Source of the DNA: an uncultured Rhodopirellula sp.
Lineage (GTDB): Bacteria; Planctomycetota; Planctomycetia; Pirellulales; Pirellulaceae
Direction of reading: 5' to 3'
Length of the DNA: 20,000 nucleotides
Assembly: GCA_964007735.1 (NCBI GenBank)
Contig: CAXGAI010000021.1
Location: 55,678-75,677, forward strand
The notes beneath the pieces are model-generated. The model saw nothing but the letters and a program-made list of their open reading frames with translations. It ran no database searches and was not told where the DNA came from. Made by a program: the position numbers and the translations under genes. Positions 19,092 to 20,000 of the stretch are shown here, in pieces; position 1 is the stretch's first letter; each line of letters starts with the position of its first letter.

Positions 19092-20000
19092 TTAGTCTCG
19101 GCGACGACGACGTCCACCACCTCGACGGTCGCCATCACGACGCGGGCGACGTTCTCGTCGCTCTCCGTCATTCTCAGACCGTTCCTGTGGTTCCCAATCA
19201 TCCTCTTGCCCAAGTTCTTCTAAAGCAGCCTTACGACTAAGCTTCACTCTGTCGTGATCATCCACTCCGATACACTTTACTTTAACGACATCCCCCTCAT
19301 TAACTGCGGCTGAGATATCCGAAATATAGTGTTCCGACAATTCACTAATGTGACACAAGCCGTCACGACCCGGAAGAATTTCTACAAAGATACCGAAATC
19401 CTTAATACTGCTGATTGAACCTTCATAAATCTTTCCAACCTGAACTGTGGCTGTGTAAGATTCCACTAAGGCCCGTGCTTCTTCAGCCCATTCAGCGTTG
19501 GTAGAGGCAATCGTAACAACACCATCATCATCAACTTCAACAACCGTACCCGTTGATTCCTGAATGTGGCGAATATTTTTCCCGCCTGGACCAATCAGAG
19601 CGCCGATCTTATCCGAAGCAATATTGACACGAATCAAGCGAGGAGCATACTGCGAAGTCTCGGCACGTGGGCGATCGATTTCCCGGATCATTTCTCGCAT
19701 GATATTAAGACGAGCTTCCTTAGCCTGGACTAGGGAATCACGAATCACTTGTTCACTAATACCATTGATCTTCAGATCCAGCTGAATACCAGTGATACCC
19801 TTCTGCGTACCCGCAACTTTGAAGTCCATATCTCCAAAGTGGTCTTCCGCACCCTGAATATCTGTCAACAGAATATTCTGATCGCCTTCCTGCACCAACC
19901 CAATCGAGATACCAGCAACCGGGTTCTTAATTGGTACACCAGCAGCCATCAGACCAAGGGTAGCTCCACAAACGGATGCCTGCGAAGAAGAACCATTGGA
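19092..20000 (-). CDS. pnp: Polyribonucleotide nucleotidyltransferase, 3' part (5'-truncated by the window edge)
   Basis: The frame is open to base 20000: SNGSSSQASVCG...AAGVPI, EDHFGDMDFKVAGT, KH domain (IGALIGPGGKNIR), S1 domain (DFGIFVEIL...GLCHISEL) and an Arg/Gly-rich tail. Confidence 0.98.
   Translation of the reverse strand, partial: SNGSSSQASVCGATLGLMAAGVPIKNPVAGISIGLVQEGDQNILLTDIQGAEDHFGDMDFKVAGTQKGITGIQLDLKINGISEQVIRDSLVQAKEARLNIMREMIREIDRPRAETSQYAPRLIRVNIASDKIGALIGPGGKNIRHIQESTGTVVEVDDDGVVTIASTNAEWAEEARALVESYTATVQVGKIYEGSISSIKDFGIFVEILPGRDGLCHISELSEHYISDISAAVNEGDVVKVKCIGVDDHDRVKLSRKAALEELGQEDDWEPQERSENDGERRERRPRRDGDRRGGGRRRRRD

Noticed and set aside
19965..20000. PNPase SNGSSSQAS instead of SNGSSSMAS
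   Set aside because: Gln at this position is a known natural variant (for example in Firmicutes), and the metal-binding DxxGDMD motif is intact.

Overview
Core-genome window of a bacterium, most likely a marine planctomycete. This is inferred from the AroD-AroE fusion starting ICVSIGRGRH, the split hisH-hisA pair, the planctomycete-style LRR protein and the long A24 peptidase. Gene order: end of the F1Fo ATP synthase operon (atpA' atpG atpD atpC, terminator), YfhO-like GT-C membrane protein, hisH, hisA, cysE (minus), OmpA-like lipoprotein, prepilin peptidase, aroK and aroDE (minus), LRR protein, then mutL, a sigma54-type response regulator, a sensor-less histidine kinase and 'pnp (all minus). 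The most notable element is missing from the ORF track. Upstream of cysE is a sigma70-like promoter (TTGACA-16-TACGAT), followed by a 16-codon leader ORF MRFLNYYNICDCLCCC* with 5 Cys in its last 7 codons. The region around its stop codon can either form a local hairpin or pair with the cysE translation-initiation region. This looks like a ribosome-mediated, cysteine-sensing attenuator. AtpA also carries an unusual acidic tail built from a 5 x 15-bp tandem repeat.
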